Assembly (NCBI GenBank): GCA_964252035.1
Contig: CAXUOO010000189.1
DNA from: Podarcis erhardii
Taxonomy: Eukaryota
Direction: 5' to 3' (one strand)
Length of the DNA stretch: 64,000 nt
Shown in pieces: positions 40,734 to 53,307 of the stretch (position 1 is the first letter of the stretch; each line of letters begins with the position of its first letter). Made by a program: the position numbers and the translations under genes. A model generated the notes under the pieces. The model saw nothing but the letters and a program-made list of their open reading frames with translations. It searched no databases and was not told where the DNA came from.

Positions 40734-41807
40734 AGAGAGAGAGAGAGAGAATACGACGGAGATGTCAACGCATTGTTCGTATAACGACATATGGAAATAC
40801 GTATATAAACATGTAGATATACGTATACGTGATCCAGATATATATGGCTTGCTCATCAGAATTCGACGCACTGCACGCTAACTCATTGGAATATACGTAT
40901 ACATGAAGTTACGTTCAGTGAGTATTAATAAGTCCGATTTATAGCTTACTTGGGCTTCAGCGCGGTGTACAACAGTGAGAACGATGATTCCAATAAGGCA
41001 GCACAGAAGGCCAATACAAAAGGCAGGCCAGTTTCCTGGTATCTCGTGAAGAACGAGTATTGAGCCTATAGTTCCGGAAGCAACTAAACAGCTGTTCACA
41101 GTAGGCACTACATACACTGCTTCATACCTGGAAAAACGAAACAAACATCCACATACAAGTGCATTGGGTAATACTACACGTATCTTATAATATCTATATC
41201 TATAGATCTACAAATATGTATTTATAGATCTATATATATGTATGGTAATGAGGATACGTATATGTATGCCACTAACGGCTGAAAAAAAGCTGTATATACA
41301 TTGCAATGTATATGTAAAGCTTGTAATCGAGGCAGAGTTGAACCGTAAATCAGTTTCTTTCTTGTTACGTCTCACCCTCTATTATCTGCCAGCTATTTCA
41401 CTGCTAGCTAAGGTATACATGAAAATGTACATGAACAAACATTTACGGAAGTATACAAAATTACCTGTATCTACTGCTACAGTTTCTTTCCACCCTCGTT
41501 CAGTGTCTCTGAACTAGTAATGTATTGAAACATATATTTGTAGTCGACGTTCTCTCATGATTCCTCCCTCTTACATTATGCTTTTTTTTTTACACTTTTA
41601 TATACCTTTGTACACATTCAACAGGCAAAAACATGTACACTCCAGCTCATTTGAATATAGAAATAAATATAAATATACTTCTGTTGCAAGCTTATTAAAG
41701 CTTGAATAGACATATATTCTTATTGATAAAGTCACCAGGTGCATGCGGCATGTGCATGCATACACCAATATAGAGGAAAAAAAAGAAGGAAAACGGCTGG
41801 CTGCTAC

Positions 41808-41839
<32 letters not shown>

Positions 41840-44800
41840 CTTGCTTTCTATCTATTGTATACGTTCATATGTACGAATGTTTTGGAAAGACGCCTCTGCA
41901 AATCTGCATAGTGTGTAAATCTTATGAGTAAAAAAAAGATTAGATGAAATGGCGTATAACGATTCATGTAGATGATATCAAAGTTAAAGCAATGATAGTT
42001 TTTGCTAATACGATACAGCCAAAATGAAAAAGAACAATGGAGACAGGAAACACTTTTTGCAGCCGCGTCTACGTTGGCATACAGTTACCATCAAACATAC
42101 GTACGTAAGTTGTACAAATACCCATTTATATATATATATACATATATATTGGTGATCAAGGTTTGTTATGGGCTCAAGTGAAGAGGAGGACAACACTCTT
42201 CGCACGAAGCGTATATGTAGTATATATACGTATACACATTGAACTTGTAACATCCTATTTCCGAATACTCTGTATATATATATATATGTATATTTTTACA
42301 TATATGGAGAGAAAGAGACATTTGTATCCAGCTGATTGTATATACATATGCATAAAGAAGTCAGAGTTTCTTTTTTTTTGGCTCAGAACTTACCGTTTTA
42401 GAGCGAGATTGAGGAAAATGAGCTGCGAAATCACCAGCATTCCTGTGCAAATAATCACTACATATGTGCGCCAGCTGCAGCACAACGGGTAACAAATGCA
42501 GCAAAGAAAGCTTTGAAAATGCTTTATCATTCAAAGTCGGCAGGAAAACACTAGAGCTTCAATCTACACCTGAAGCAAGAAAAGCAGCAGCTGCATACAA
42601 CTGTAGCAGCAGCAGAATTACATACAATGAGCGAAGTTGATTACAAAGAAGAAGAAGCTCGCATATTGAGAGCAAAAAAACAGCAATGAGGAAGCAGAAA
42701 TCGCAGGCAAATACACAAGGCGCAAGCGACATGCAAATATAGAGCAGAAGCATACAGTGGCGAAAACAGAAACATCCATGTAGAACACCGATGAGACAGA
42801 GGGAAAAGCGCCATATTGCTGAAACAGCAATTTGTAAAAATTCAAGTTCGGACACCTTGGGCCATACAAGTATAGGCACAGAAGTAGCAGAAAAGCGCAG
42901 CCGAAACGTCTCAACGGTCATATATCGAGAGTCGAAAAAACAAGCTTGATAGAAGCAGCAGGTTGATTTGAAAGCAGCAATTCAGCAACAGAAGCTGGTA
43001 TCGAAAGGAAGCAGCAGTAGTACCAGCTGCACTTTGTTTGGAAAACAGCACCTATGTAAGGCGTCTTACTTGGAAAAGACGGAACTTCGTCCAGCAAAAA
43101 GGTCCACAGCAATGATTGAAAAAAACTTTGCTGCGACGTTGGTGTTGCCTCCCAATAAACCAGAAGCCAACGCAGTGCCCAGTCTCTACAGCATCAAAAA
43201 CCGCACCAGCAAACCAGCACAGTTGCGCACTTTAGTGAAAAGTTGGATCTTTGCTGTCTGCCGTGTTTGCAGTTAAAAAGTAGTTCAGTGATGTACACAT
43301 CTCGATTTATATAGAGAGAAAGAGAGTTCTCTGATGTCTAACAACACGACCAGTGGCGGTGTGTACTTTTCAATTAGATATATGTAGAGAGACAGAATCG
43401 ATACACGCCAGCCGTACACGGCTTTATATATAGAGCGACTGCACTACGAATATAAGACACAAAGAAACCAGGAATACGGTAGAGCACACATCGCTCCAGT
43501 GCTGTAGAAGCAAGTAGCATACATGGCAGAGCTGTAACAGCAAGAAAAGCAGTTTTAGACCGACCGCAATAATATCAACAGCAAGCAGAGCTACTATCAG
43601 AGCTGACCGCTCAGAAACAGCATTGTAGCAACACAAGAAGCAGCAGCTCAGCAGCAGGAAATCAGTATGAGCGACCATAACAGTCTTTGCTCGACTACTG
43701 CAGGAGCAACTTAGCAGAAATTTGTCACAAGAATATTGCCTTTTTGGGCTCTACAAGAGAAAGCCAACAGCCCCGCATTGAAACAAGACCTACATAACAC
43801 TGCAGTAGCAGTAGTAGTCGCTACAAGACAACATACCTATATACAGCAAATACTTACATATATATAATCAGTGCTGCTGACTTATTGCAATGAAGATAAA
43901 TACTTGCAGTTGCGTGAGAATCTGCCTTTTGCACAGAGAGGTGGGAGACTCAGTCTTGCAACAGTCAGCGGTCTATAGAAAGCTTGGGCAGCAGCACTTA
44001 GCGGAGGCAGTGCAGGAAGACAAATTTTACAAAGAAGTACAGAGACATAGGCACAGAAATACAAGCAGTGACAGCGATTTCAGACTAGAAGCAATGCAGC
44101 AATAACACGCTGTGAAACAGCAAGCAGCCGCAACGCTTTCGTACGTCTATTTGGCATCGAATGGATGGCTTATCAGACTTTCTTTGCTTCACCACATCTG
44201 CAGCTGCAGCGCTACGAGCGAAAAAAAACCACAAGAAAACGTGAATGATAATTTGATACACTTTGCAGTGCAAGCAGCTGCTCTTATGCAAGACTGGTAG
44301 AAGCTGCTTAGCAGACGAGGCAGCGGAAAAAACCCATGCGTGCACCAATGCTACCAACAGAAACAGCAGAGCGCAGTTTCACGGCAGAAAGCAGCGATAG
44401 ACCGAGAATGTAGCACCAACACAGCTTTTCAGAGGCCTGTATTGAACTCGGAGCTCGATCGCGTCCCTTAAAAAGCACCACGAAAGAGTAGGAGCAATCG
44501 CGGAACTTGAAACCACAAGAAAGAGCACGATGGAGCAAGCAATGACTGCAACAGCAGTATTTTTCGACAGCAAGCACACCGTCACGTTCAGCACAAGAAA
44601 CAAGAGCGAATTCAGCGACGGCACAGCCAGTAGTAGCCGCACAAATGCAAAAGCTGAACTAAACAAGCAGCAACATAGTCACATCGCAGCAGCAACACCG
44701 ACCAGAGGTGTTTTACCATGAAAGTCGAAAAGCAAAACAGCAGATGCACCTGTCTAATAGCAAAAACTTACTCGTACGGAATACTCCCAGTCACCGAGAC

Positions 44801-47752
44801 TGCAGGGGTAGAGAGAGAACGCAGCCAAGAGAATAAGGAGCAGCAATACAGCCGACACAGATATGTAAGCGATCGCCTCTGGCGTGCGGGCGTAGGAATC
44901 AAAGACCGAAATATTCTCGATATCCGCCTGTTTACTGGAGAAACAAACAATCAAAATCACTCCGACCACCACTCCCACTGCGCCTAGGGCTTGCCACAAC
45001 CCCATTGGCTCTTTGAGCCAGAAATGAGCGATCAACACTGCCCAGAAGATGTGAACTCCCGCAAACGGAGTTACTATTGACTGAATACACATGCACATAT
45101 AATCAAAACAAGGAACAGTGGATGAAGCAGAGCAGCTCGGTAATTCTGCGGCGACGTTGAAACAAATGCAGCTATCAATACGTAGGTAAATGAATCGTGT
45201 CGCTACGCGAATATGTGTGTGAAAGTATTTCTGTGCTAGACGCACCCGCAAATGTAGATGTTTGTCGCTGCTCGAGTTTGTGTGAGATAGTATCAATATG
45301 CTAGACGCAGCCGCACCAGTAAGAAAAGTGCGTGTGACGTGCGAGCTGAGTGTTTTAGCAGGAAGAGCAGCACGCCAGTAGGATCGACTGCTACCCAACA
45401 AAACGCAGCGGCAGCTATAGCAGCAACAGGGCAGTAAAAAAGCAAAGAAATAGAAAACTGATTTTATTGAAAAAATCGTTGCAGCTGTGGTGAGGTAGAC
45501 GCAGCAACCATAGCAGGAGTACATCTGAACTAAATTAACAGCAGCTTTGGTCCCTCTCCACTGCAGCAGCTGCAGCACGCCCGCTGCGCGATACAGGTTT
45601 TAACGCACGGTAAAAACCAGCAAAACTGCAGCATACTAGAAGCGAGACTGCAACCACTCTTCTACCACTCAATAGCATCAGTAATAATAAGCTTGCGGAT
45701 GTCAAATATATAGCTCCAGCAGGTTCGGTATAAACAAGGGACATAGGATACAAAGTTGAGATTTATAACCATGCAGCGTCATCCGCATCAGCACTAAAAC
45801 TACTACTACTACTACTACCTGCAGCAAGACCACAACCACAAGCCTTTACCAGATTTCATTTTCAGCAAAAGACAAACAGCCTAGCACTGCATGCGAATGA
45901 GCACCTGCAACAAGAATATCCTACAGCACGCTACCTTCATAATATAATGTTACAACAGTGGCACACGCTCGAAGATTACCTAGTAGAAAAAAATAACGCG
46001 GTTATGGTGGTTGTCCTTTCAGGGTATATATCTATATACAACATGAGCAGCAAAACTCACGTGTTCAGTCACTGACAGGCAAAAGCAACAGCAGCCATTC
46101 AAGAGCACCACAAGTAACTCTGGCTATAAAATTAGAACAACAAGGAGTAAAGAGGGATTACGGAGACACCCTTACAACGTAAATTGATGCACTAACGGAC
46201 TTGCCCTTGTATAGTACATACACGTATATATATATATATATGAACACATGCAGTTACGACTTGTGTGTATCTCCGTGTTATCTTTGTCGAGACAGAGACG
46301 GCCGAAGAAGATCTATATACATATAGACAGCCACATTCAGCAGAGACAGACGATCAAACCTATATAGATCGGCAGTTGGCTCAAAAAAACCCCAATACCA
46401 GAGATACACGACTACGGTTTGTGAAACAAAAGCGATCTTACAGAAGGAGCAAACAAAAGGCCTATGAAAGTTAGGAGCGGATCCAGTATGATCGTCAAAC
46501 ACATGCCTATGACGAAAATAGGATTCTCAAGCATCTTCCTCGCCTTCACCACTGCCCCTGCGTCCACGTAGGAACGCCGCACCATGGTGTCTGCAGCAGC
46601 ACCAGCAAAAATAGCAGCAACAGCAACAAAGGTCTCATTAGCTGTCTGCCATAAACAAGCCTCAATAACTCATGCAGAAACATGCGATGGCAAAAACAGC
46701 GGCAAACTCGCAGCAGTGAAAACAGCAGCCTCTATAACAACTGCAACAAGTTCTCCAAACCAGCAGAAAAGGCGACAGCAAACATGAAGAGAGGCAGTCG
46801 AACTACGGTAAGAAATCAGCTGCAGCAACGAAGCCGCATCTGAGCAATTATCTATAGCAGCAGCATCACTTCAAAACACGATCTTGGTGCTGCAGCACTC
46901 CTAGCGGACCACGGAGTGAGATGTGCGAAGAAAGATATATAGGCAAAACGGGACCACTGAAAGAAGATAAACCTGATGCTTTTTAGTGTTACGATTGTTC
47001 TATATACACGCGTAGAAGGCGTTCATACATATGTATATATGGAAGTATACATTTGAAGTCATATGTTCATCTAAAGGGCCAGACATATACGCAACACTGC
47101 ACAAAGGAGAAGGACTTCAGAAAAATATTACGCAAGAACTCAGGACAAAGGATTTAGTATGGCCGAATGCCAAATTTGAGGAGGGGGAAAGTATAGTACA
47201 AAAAGAGCGTAGTGGGGAATAAATAGATGGAACTTTTATAGCAGAAGCGTGATTTGAGGGAGACAAGGAAAAAATATTTGCAATGGCGTAGCGTCTGTGA
47301 AACTCGGCTTATCAACAAACTCGGATTTCGTAATAGCAGAGAAGAGACGGAAGAAAGCATGGTTTCCACCTGCTAGTCCAAATAAGCATGTAAACAAGAA
47401 TTGGAGAATACCTATACTAGATAAAATATGAAGTGATAAGAGAGAGATATGCACACAGGGGGTGATAAAGGGACGCAAAAATGAAAAGAGCGGGGCTTAC
47501 AGATATATTAAACATAGTGAGAGCCATAAACACACAGGACAAATATGCTGTAGACGAAGATGAAAACTAGATGTCTGAACACAATGTGACAGAGACAAAA
47601 ATTGTCGTTGAGGTAGCTTGAAGTTACTGCAGTGGAATGTGTTTGCGTTTTGGATAGAAAAAGGTAGTTTTCTTGCCTCCTAGTGCGCCTCCAAAAGAGC
47701 CGAAAAAGACAACGATGACTCCCACATACCACAGACGACTAAATTCTCCCAT
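36973..47752 (-). CDS. NIPA: NIPA-family (DMT superfamily) magnesium transporter
   Basis: Confident exons: 47752-47677, 46590-46442, 45080-44772, 43185-43070, 42474-42394, 41127-40950. They give GSFGGALG|DTMVRR, LLFAPS|SIVTPFAGVHIFWAVLIAHFWLKEP, SGLLGGNTNVAAK, SQLIFLNLALKR|YEAVYVVP and multiple TM helices, matching NIPA motifs. A tentative phase-consistent C-terminal chain follows: 40877-40829, 40529-40481, 39397-39334, 38755-38622, 37330-37230, 37064-36973 (lower confidence, about 0.4). Confidence 0.88.
38091..38266. repeat. 88-bp direct tandem duplication
   Basis: GGTTCGGTGTTCCCGACTATTTTTCATATGTAAAGTATGCACATGTCTAC-(TA)n occurs at 38091 and 38179, in an intron of the NIPA gene. Confidence 0.93.
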
Positions 47753-49827
47753 ATTGTAAATCTGGATGAGAACCTTGAGATCCTTGCGCTCAGGGAGCAA
47801 GTCAGAAAAACGATCAGCGAGCGACCTCACCGCTACCTCAAATTTTAACGAGACTTTGCACCCTCATACTGCCACTAGAGACCAGCCGAACCCCTGTGTG
47901 TAGCTGTTATTCCCCATCGTTTGTCCTCCACGTTAAAATTTATTGTGCATGTCTTCTCTAGTACGCGTACATATCAAAATCGCCGTAATATGCGAAATGC
48001 AATGCTACTGCTGCTACCTTGGCCACTCAACCTGAGACACCACGCGAACTTGAGTATTCAGCAAAGCAGAAAACGCAACTGTACTGCAGCCTAAATCATG
48101 TGTTATATTTTTTCTCCTTTTCCTCTCTCTACTCCTTTCAGTAAATATACCACTTGTTAAGGACAGACTTTCCAGTCGAACAGGACTAATTTGGAAAGGC
48201 AGAGTGAAGCGCTCCTTGCACAAAGCTAATGGGGATGGCTCCTCGCGTTACTTTTTCCGGAAGGCGGTGAAAAAAAAGAACGATCTTCCTGATAAAGAGT
48301 ATCAGCGTGTGCCAAAGGAATTGTGAATTGATTTCAATCTTCATGGAAGAAAGGTGGGATTCGGTCTTTGACAGGAAGACGGAAGACAGTATTACAGCAG
48401 TGCTTCCACAAGAAAACGCAAGAAACGTGCCCAGAGAAGCTCCATTGTACTCCTGTAGCGTGGGAGGCCCGTTTTACGTGACAGAGACTTAAAAAACTTA
48501 GCAAAGGCGGCTTTCAGTCTCTTTCAAAATATCAAGGTCAGCGGTCTTGAGTAGCTGGGCTGTGCCCAAGACGAGTTCAGTATGAGGGTGGCAGTGCAGC
48601 GGAACACATGTTTAAGGCCAGAGAAGGATATTCTACCATATTGAGGTATGCGCAACAACCTGAAAGAAAGTTGGCTATACCTGGCAAAAATCCTCTCTAC
48701 AGAGTCAATTTACTTTCACCACAACGCAAGAGAGAACAAGAGGAAATCGAACGGGACTATACGTTAACACAGCCTAAGACGGGAGGAAATAGAAGTCAAC
48801 CGGAAAAAGCTGGTGTCTACATACCAAGAAACGGTAGACGAGAAGTGAGAGTGAAATCTAGTCTTTTTAGACAAGAGTCGAGTGGAGAACCTGCGAACCT
48901 GTATCAAGACGCAAAGGCCGATTCGGATAAAATTGGCAAGCTGTGAAGCCTATAAAGCGTGAAAAAAAGTTTCTTGTGCAACCAATCTTTCGAATAATCC
49001 GTCGCGATTGAAGCGCTCTTTGCAAACCTGTACGTTCGAAAAAACAGCGGCGGTATTCCTGCTACAAAATCAAGCGGTAAAGACACAGGGGAGGAAGTCA
49101 CTATCGTACATCCGGACGTTCGTTCGAGCAAAACTTGCTCAGGAGACCTCTACAAAACTGCACCCAAAAAAAGACTTTCAATTGAATGTACTCAACTAAC
49201 GATAGGTAACTCGGAGTTGTCGGAACACTTTACAAAAACCCCGGAATTGCCTTGATTGATGCGCTGAGAGAAAACAAGGGCAACAAAGAAACAGTAGACA
49301 AACTCCAGCGTGTGAAGGATGTCGTGTGCAGTGTGAGAGTAATCTCTGACGCATCACGTATCCCATATGAATTGTGTGTGCGTACCTAAATTCAAGACAC
49401 TTCATGTATCTAACACACATCTATGAGCTTTTTTCACGTCATTTATGCCGTAGTACTTTTCGTACGCTGTAGCACATGCAAGAACACAGTGAATTGCGAG
49501 AACAGCCGCAGCGTCCAGCATGGCGCAAAGGTGTTATCGAACACCATGCGCTCAACAGCAGAAGCATTTTCGGGCATGTTTTTCCCCGCTATGCACATGA
49601 GGGAAGTAAAGAAAAAAAGACTTACTCTTGTTGTTTACAACGGGAGGAAATGGAATTGAAGACGCTCTTGATCAACGAGTTATACACATTGCATGGAAGA
49701 ACGACAATGCGCGAGCGCGCGCGTCAAATTTTTCCATTCGGAACAAGAGTTACACTAAAAAAATGCTGGATTCATGCTGCATGGAGTTAAGGTCACATTC
49801 TTGCGTTTCGCAAATGTCACTTCTTAG

Positions 49828-51405
49828 CACAATGCAAATTTTGAGAAAGTATTTGACAAAGGAAGTAGCAGCGTAAACGCCGCGTACAGTAGTATACTTC
49901 ACATATTGCAAGTGTGTATGAGTTAACAGTTGAGCTGTGTTTGATCCGGCTACTAGCTGTACTGGATTAACGGACACGTATAAAGTATCTTGCAGAACGC
50001 TATGCCATGATGTCTAACAGGTTTTTGCTGAACTGCTCAACACCAGCTCTCGTCTACTATGCGTGGAAACTATACTTACTGTATGTACATTATCACGCAA
50101 CACATGACTTAAAATCGTCCTTAACCCTGCCTGGGGCAATTCGAAAATACTGAAAGCGACATATCTACATTCAAAATAATGCACGCTGCCAATATGAGCA
50201 TCACATACTCTTACCACCGCTCCTTCACACATAGCCTATTTGTATGCACTACAACACCGACTTGGTTACAAATGGAATACTAACATAAGGCATGCACTAC
50301 GGATTTGTAGCTGTTATAGTTTACCAAGTTAGCTTTACTCCTGTACTCTTGTAAATCTTCTCGCTTTTGATTTTCTATTTCTGGATATTTTCCTCGTATG
50401 TTAGAGAGTGTTTAGCTCCAGTTCTAGACAAAAATACACAAATTAAACGGGTCGAGTAATTTTTCTACAGTAGGCACCGTTGTTTTTCTAAATTAGGCAC
50501 CACTGTGTGGTCAGCGTAATATAAGTATTACTTTTCCACTCGCCACCCTTGACGTCTACTATTATCAGAATCTGCTCAAAAGGCGGTATGGATGCAATAC
50601 AAATATTTGAAATACAATCGTATCACTGCTTACACGAGCATTTAAGTCCATAAATATTTAATCTGACGAAGTGTCTTGGCGTACTTACCCTAAGACCTGG
50701 CTACTTTGATTTGTAATCGCATATCATGCTAAATCAGTTCAAGGTATATTTTCATGCACTGTAGCACATCAAATTTCAAAGCGCTTCTATAAGCACATCG
50801 CATTCAATAACTCATCTTATATATTAGTAGAACTGATGTCTGCGGAGAAGGCACTTAGAATTTTGGAAGTGAGCTGGCATCCTTGATCGAGGAAAGCAAC
50901 TTTTGTATAAATAAACTAAAGCTGAGCACTCGGTAGAACTTGTGTGTTTGCGCCTGCACCTGTCCACCATCGAACGACACCACTATATATAGAACTATAT
51001 GTGATCGAATTCTTGAAACGTTATCAATGCTGTGGTTCTACCGTTCCTAGCAAGCACGTTGCTTCTCAATATTTCTGCATTTAGTACGAAGTAGTAAAAT
51101 TGAGTTTACTTGCTGTATTGTTGATTATTCATTGCAGAACTGCTGATAACGCTGGTGTAAATTATTGCGTACCAACGTATGTGACCTTATAAAAGATTTT
51201 GATATAACCTTATCAGAAGCTGTTTCCACTTACTATTATGATCTATTGACTACTCGCAGTAGCACCACAACTGAATAAGCCTTTTATATATATAGGGAAC
51301 GGAATCATGTAATCTGTCAGCCGCTGTCGTATCTTATTATATAACCTACCGCATCATATGATTTCCAATATGTTTGCTTGTTTATATGTATGAATAAACA
51401 CGGTT

Positions 51406-51452
<47 letters not shown>

Positions 51453-52213
51453 AACGTATAAGGTAACCTAAGCCTTTTAATTCGTAGAACATCAATAACG
51501 ATAAAGAAGGAATAGAAGAGAAGGATTGGTAGTGACTTGCTTACATCAAGGAAATAGAATCTCTATACGTTTTCCCGGGCATCGTTTCAAAGTTAGCGTC
51601 TCGTATCATAAAAGGCATTTATTGCAAATATGAAATATAAAAGTAACGCGCCCCTTGGCTCAATGTGCAGCGTCAGAGCGTTAGTAAAGTACTGATGAAG
51701 CTTTTCCGAAACTGTCCGCACGTCCACAGGAATGTTTTGAACAGTACGAAGTTCGAAAACTTCAAAAACTCAATTTCAATCGGCTATCTCTTTGCCGGAC
51801 CTAGAAAATTTTCACCGGACCGAAGCTGAAGAACTAGCATATCTCATGGGTGACTCGGAAGAGATTGCGCAGATTAGCGCAGTGCGTAATTCCCTGGTGA
51901 GCATTTAGGCCGGGCGCGGCTAGGCAAAAACAAATACGGCTGCTGATGAGTAATTTGCAAGATGCGAAAGATTGTTGACTTCTTTATAATGTCAAACGTT
52001 GGAATTTCAATAAAATATCTTTTAGGGCACAAGTATCAAAACTTCAGCTTTCATGAATCGGGTATACTTTCTTCTCATAACCAACGTATCAATTGTCAGA
52101 ATATCGTAGAATGCTGGACACGCGAACAGGACGCCAAGCTCCTGACATCTTCAAACACTATTGCAGGTGGAAGTAGAAAGCTTTGTAGCCTCTTTCAGCC
52201 CACCTGAAATGAA
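49828..52213 (+). CDS. Candidate exons of an unidentified gene (or upstream exons of the alkyl sulfatase)
   Basis: AG/GT-bounded, phase-matched pairs: 49828-49911 with 50021-50080 (HNANFEKVFDKGSSSVNAAYSSILHILQ|VFAELLNTSSRLLCVETILT), and 51745-51896 with 52167-52213 (RSSKTSKTQFQSAISLPDLENFHRTEAEELAYLMGDSEEIAQISAVRNSL|VEVESFVASFSPPEM). The middle exons are unresolved and the family is not recognised. Confidence 0.35.
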
Positions 52214-53307
52214 GTGTATACGAAGGAAAACAAAATTCTACACGAATCTGAAATTTTAGAGGTCACTTGTATGTTTTTTGGTGCGGGCGGTTAAAGATAA
52301 CTGTAAAATATATAACTTCAATTATTTTGGCGATTCCAATCCTTCTCTTAAAGAGAATGAAAGCGCAGTTTTTCTGCGCTTGTTTTTCGTTTGACGCGGG
52401 GCCTTTATTCCCACTCCTGGCCGCTTTTCACTGACTTAGTAGGGACTCCGAACCCTTTGTCCAAAGTCTCCCTTCATGCTGCGGCTCATTCCCTCATCGA
52501 AAAAACCTGTTAGGCTAAAGACACGTTTTTCTGATGGATTCCAAAAACTTTTTCAAAATCCGTCGACTTCGATGGGCCTCATAAGTTTGACTCAGAGTGT
52601 CTCTTTGACGCAGACATCACGCTGGAGATATCACAATTAACTTTCGCCTGCTTTCAGTTTGTAACGAACTTGAGCCGAAACCAAACATAAGAATAGAGGC
52701 AACAGAAGGATGTGAATACAATTAGCCACATATGACTGCACAACAATCAGATCACTTTCAGTTTTCCGCGGCACAGTTTCACTTGTGCGATTTTCACCTC
52801 AAACTGACGCGCGCTTGTACTTAACCGATGGTATCCCAAGCTTCTGACGTTGCAGTTGTACGCCTACTATTGCTATATGGCTCTATTTTAGTACCATTTT
52901 CCTGAAGCGTGGCGTCCCAATTGTCGGTTTCGAATACTTACATGTTGCTGAAAAGAAGTTTCTACAGAGGATATGTGGAGAACCACCAAGCTGCTCAATA
53001 AATGATACATCTCGATTCCTTGATGGTCCAACGTCTCCCTTAGCGTCATAGACAGCCGTGTCGTTGGTGTGCATGTTTGGTGTAGGTGCCAAGCAGCGCC
53101 TTCCAAACTTCGTTGGGGTTGTGCCCGTTTGACCAGGTATACTAGGTGTTGTGGCCGTGTAGAACCTTGGTGAGTGCTACGCAGAAACTTTGAGGTTTTC
53201 GTACGACGCATTGCCAGAGTTCGACTAGAACTGCAAGGAAGCTTTACGGAGATTCGTCTTTTCAAATCAGCAAAAAAAACCTAAAGACTTCGTTTACGGT
53301 TCGTACC

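Noticed and set aside
296-42500. Dozens of short ORFs containing YIYIYI / IYIYIY runs
   Set aside because: They are translations of stop-free (TA)n microsatellites inside introns of the spliced genes.
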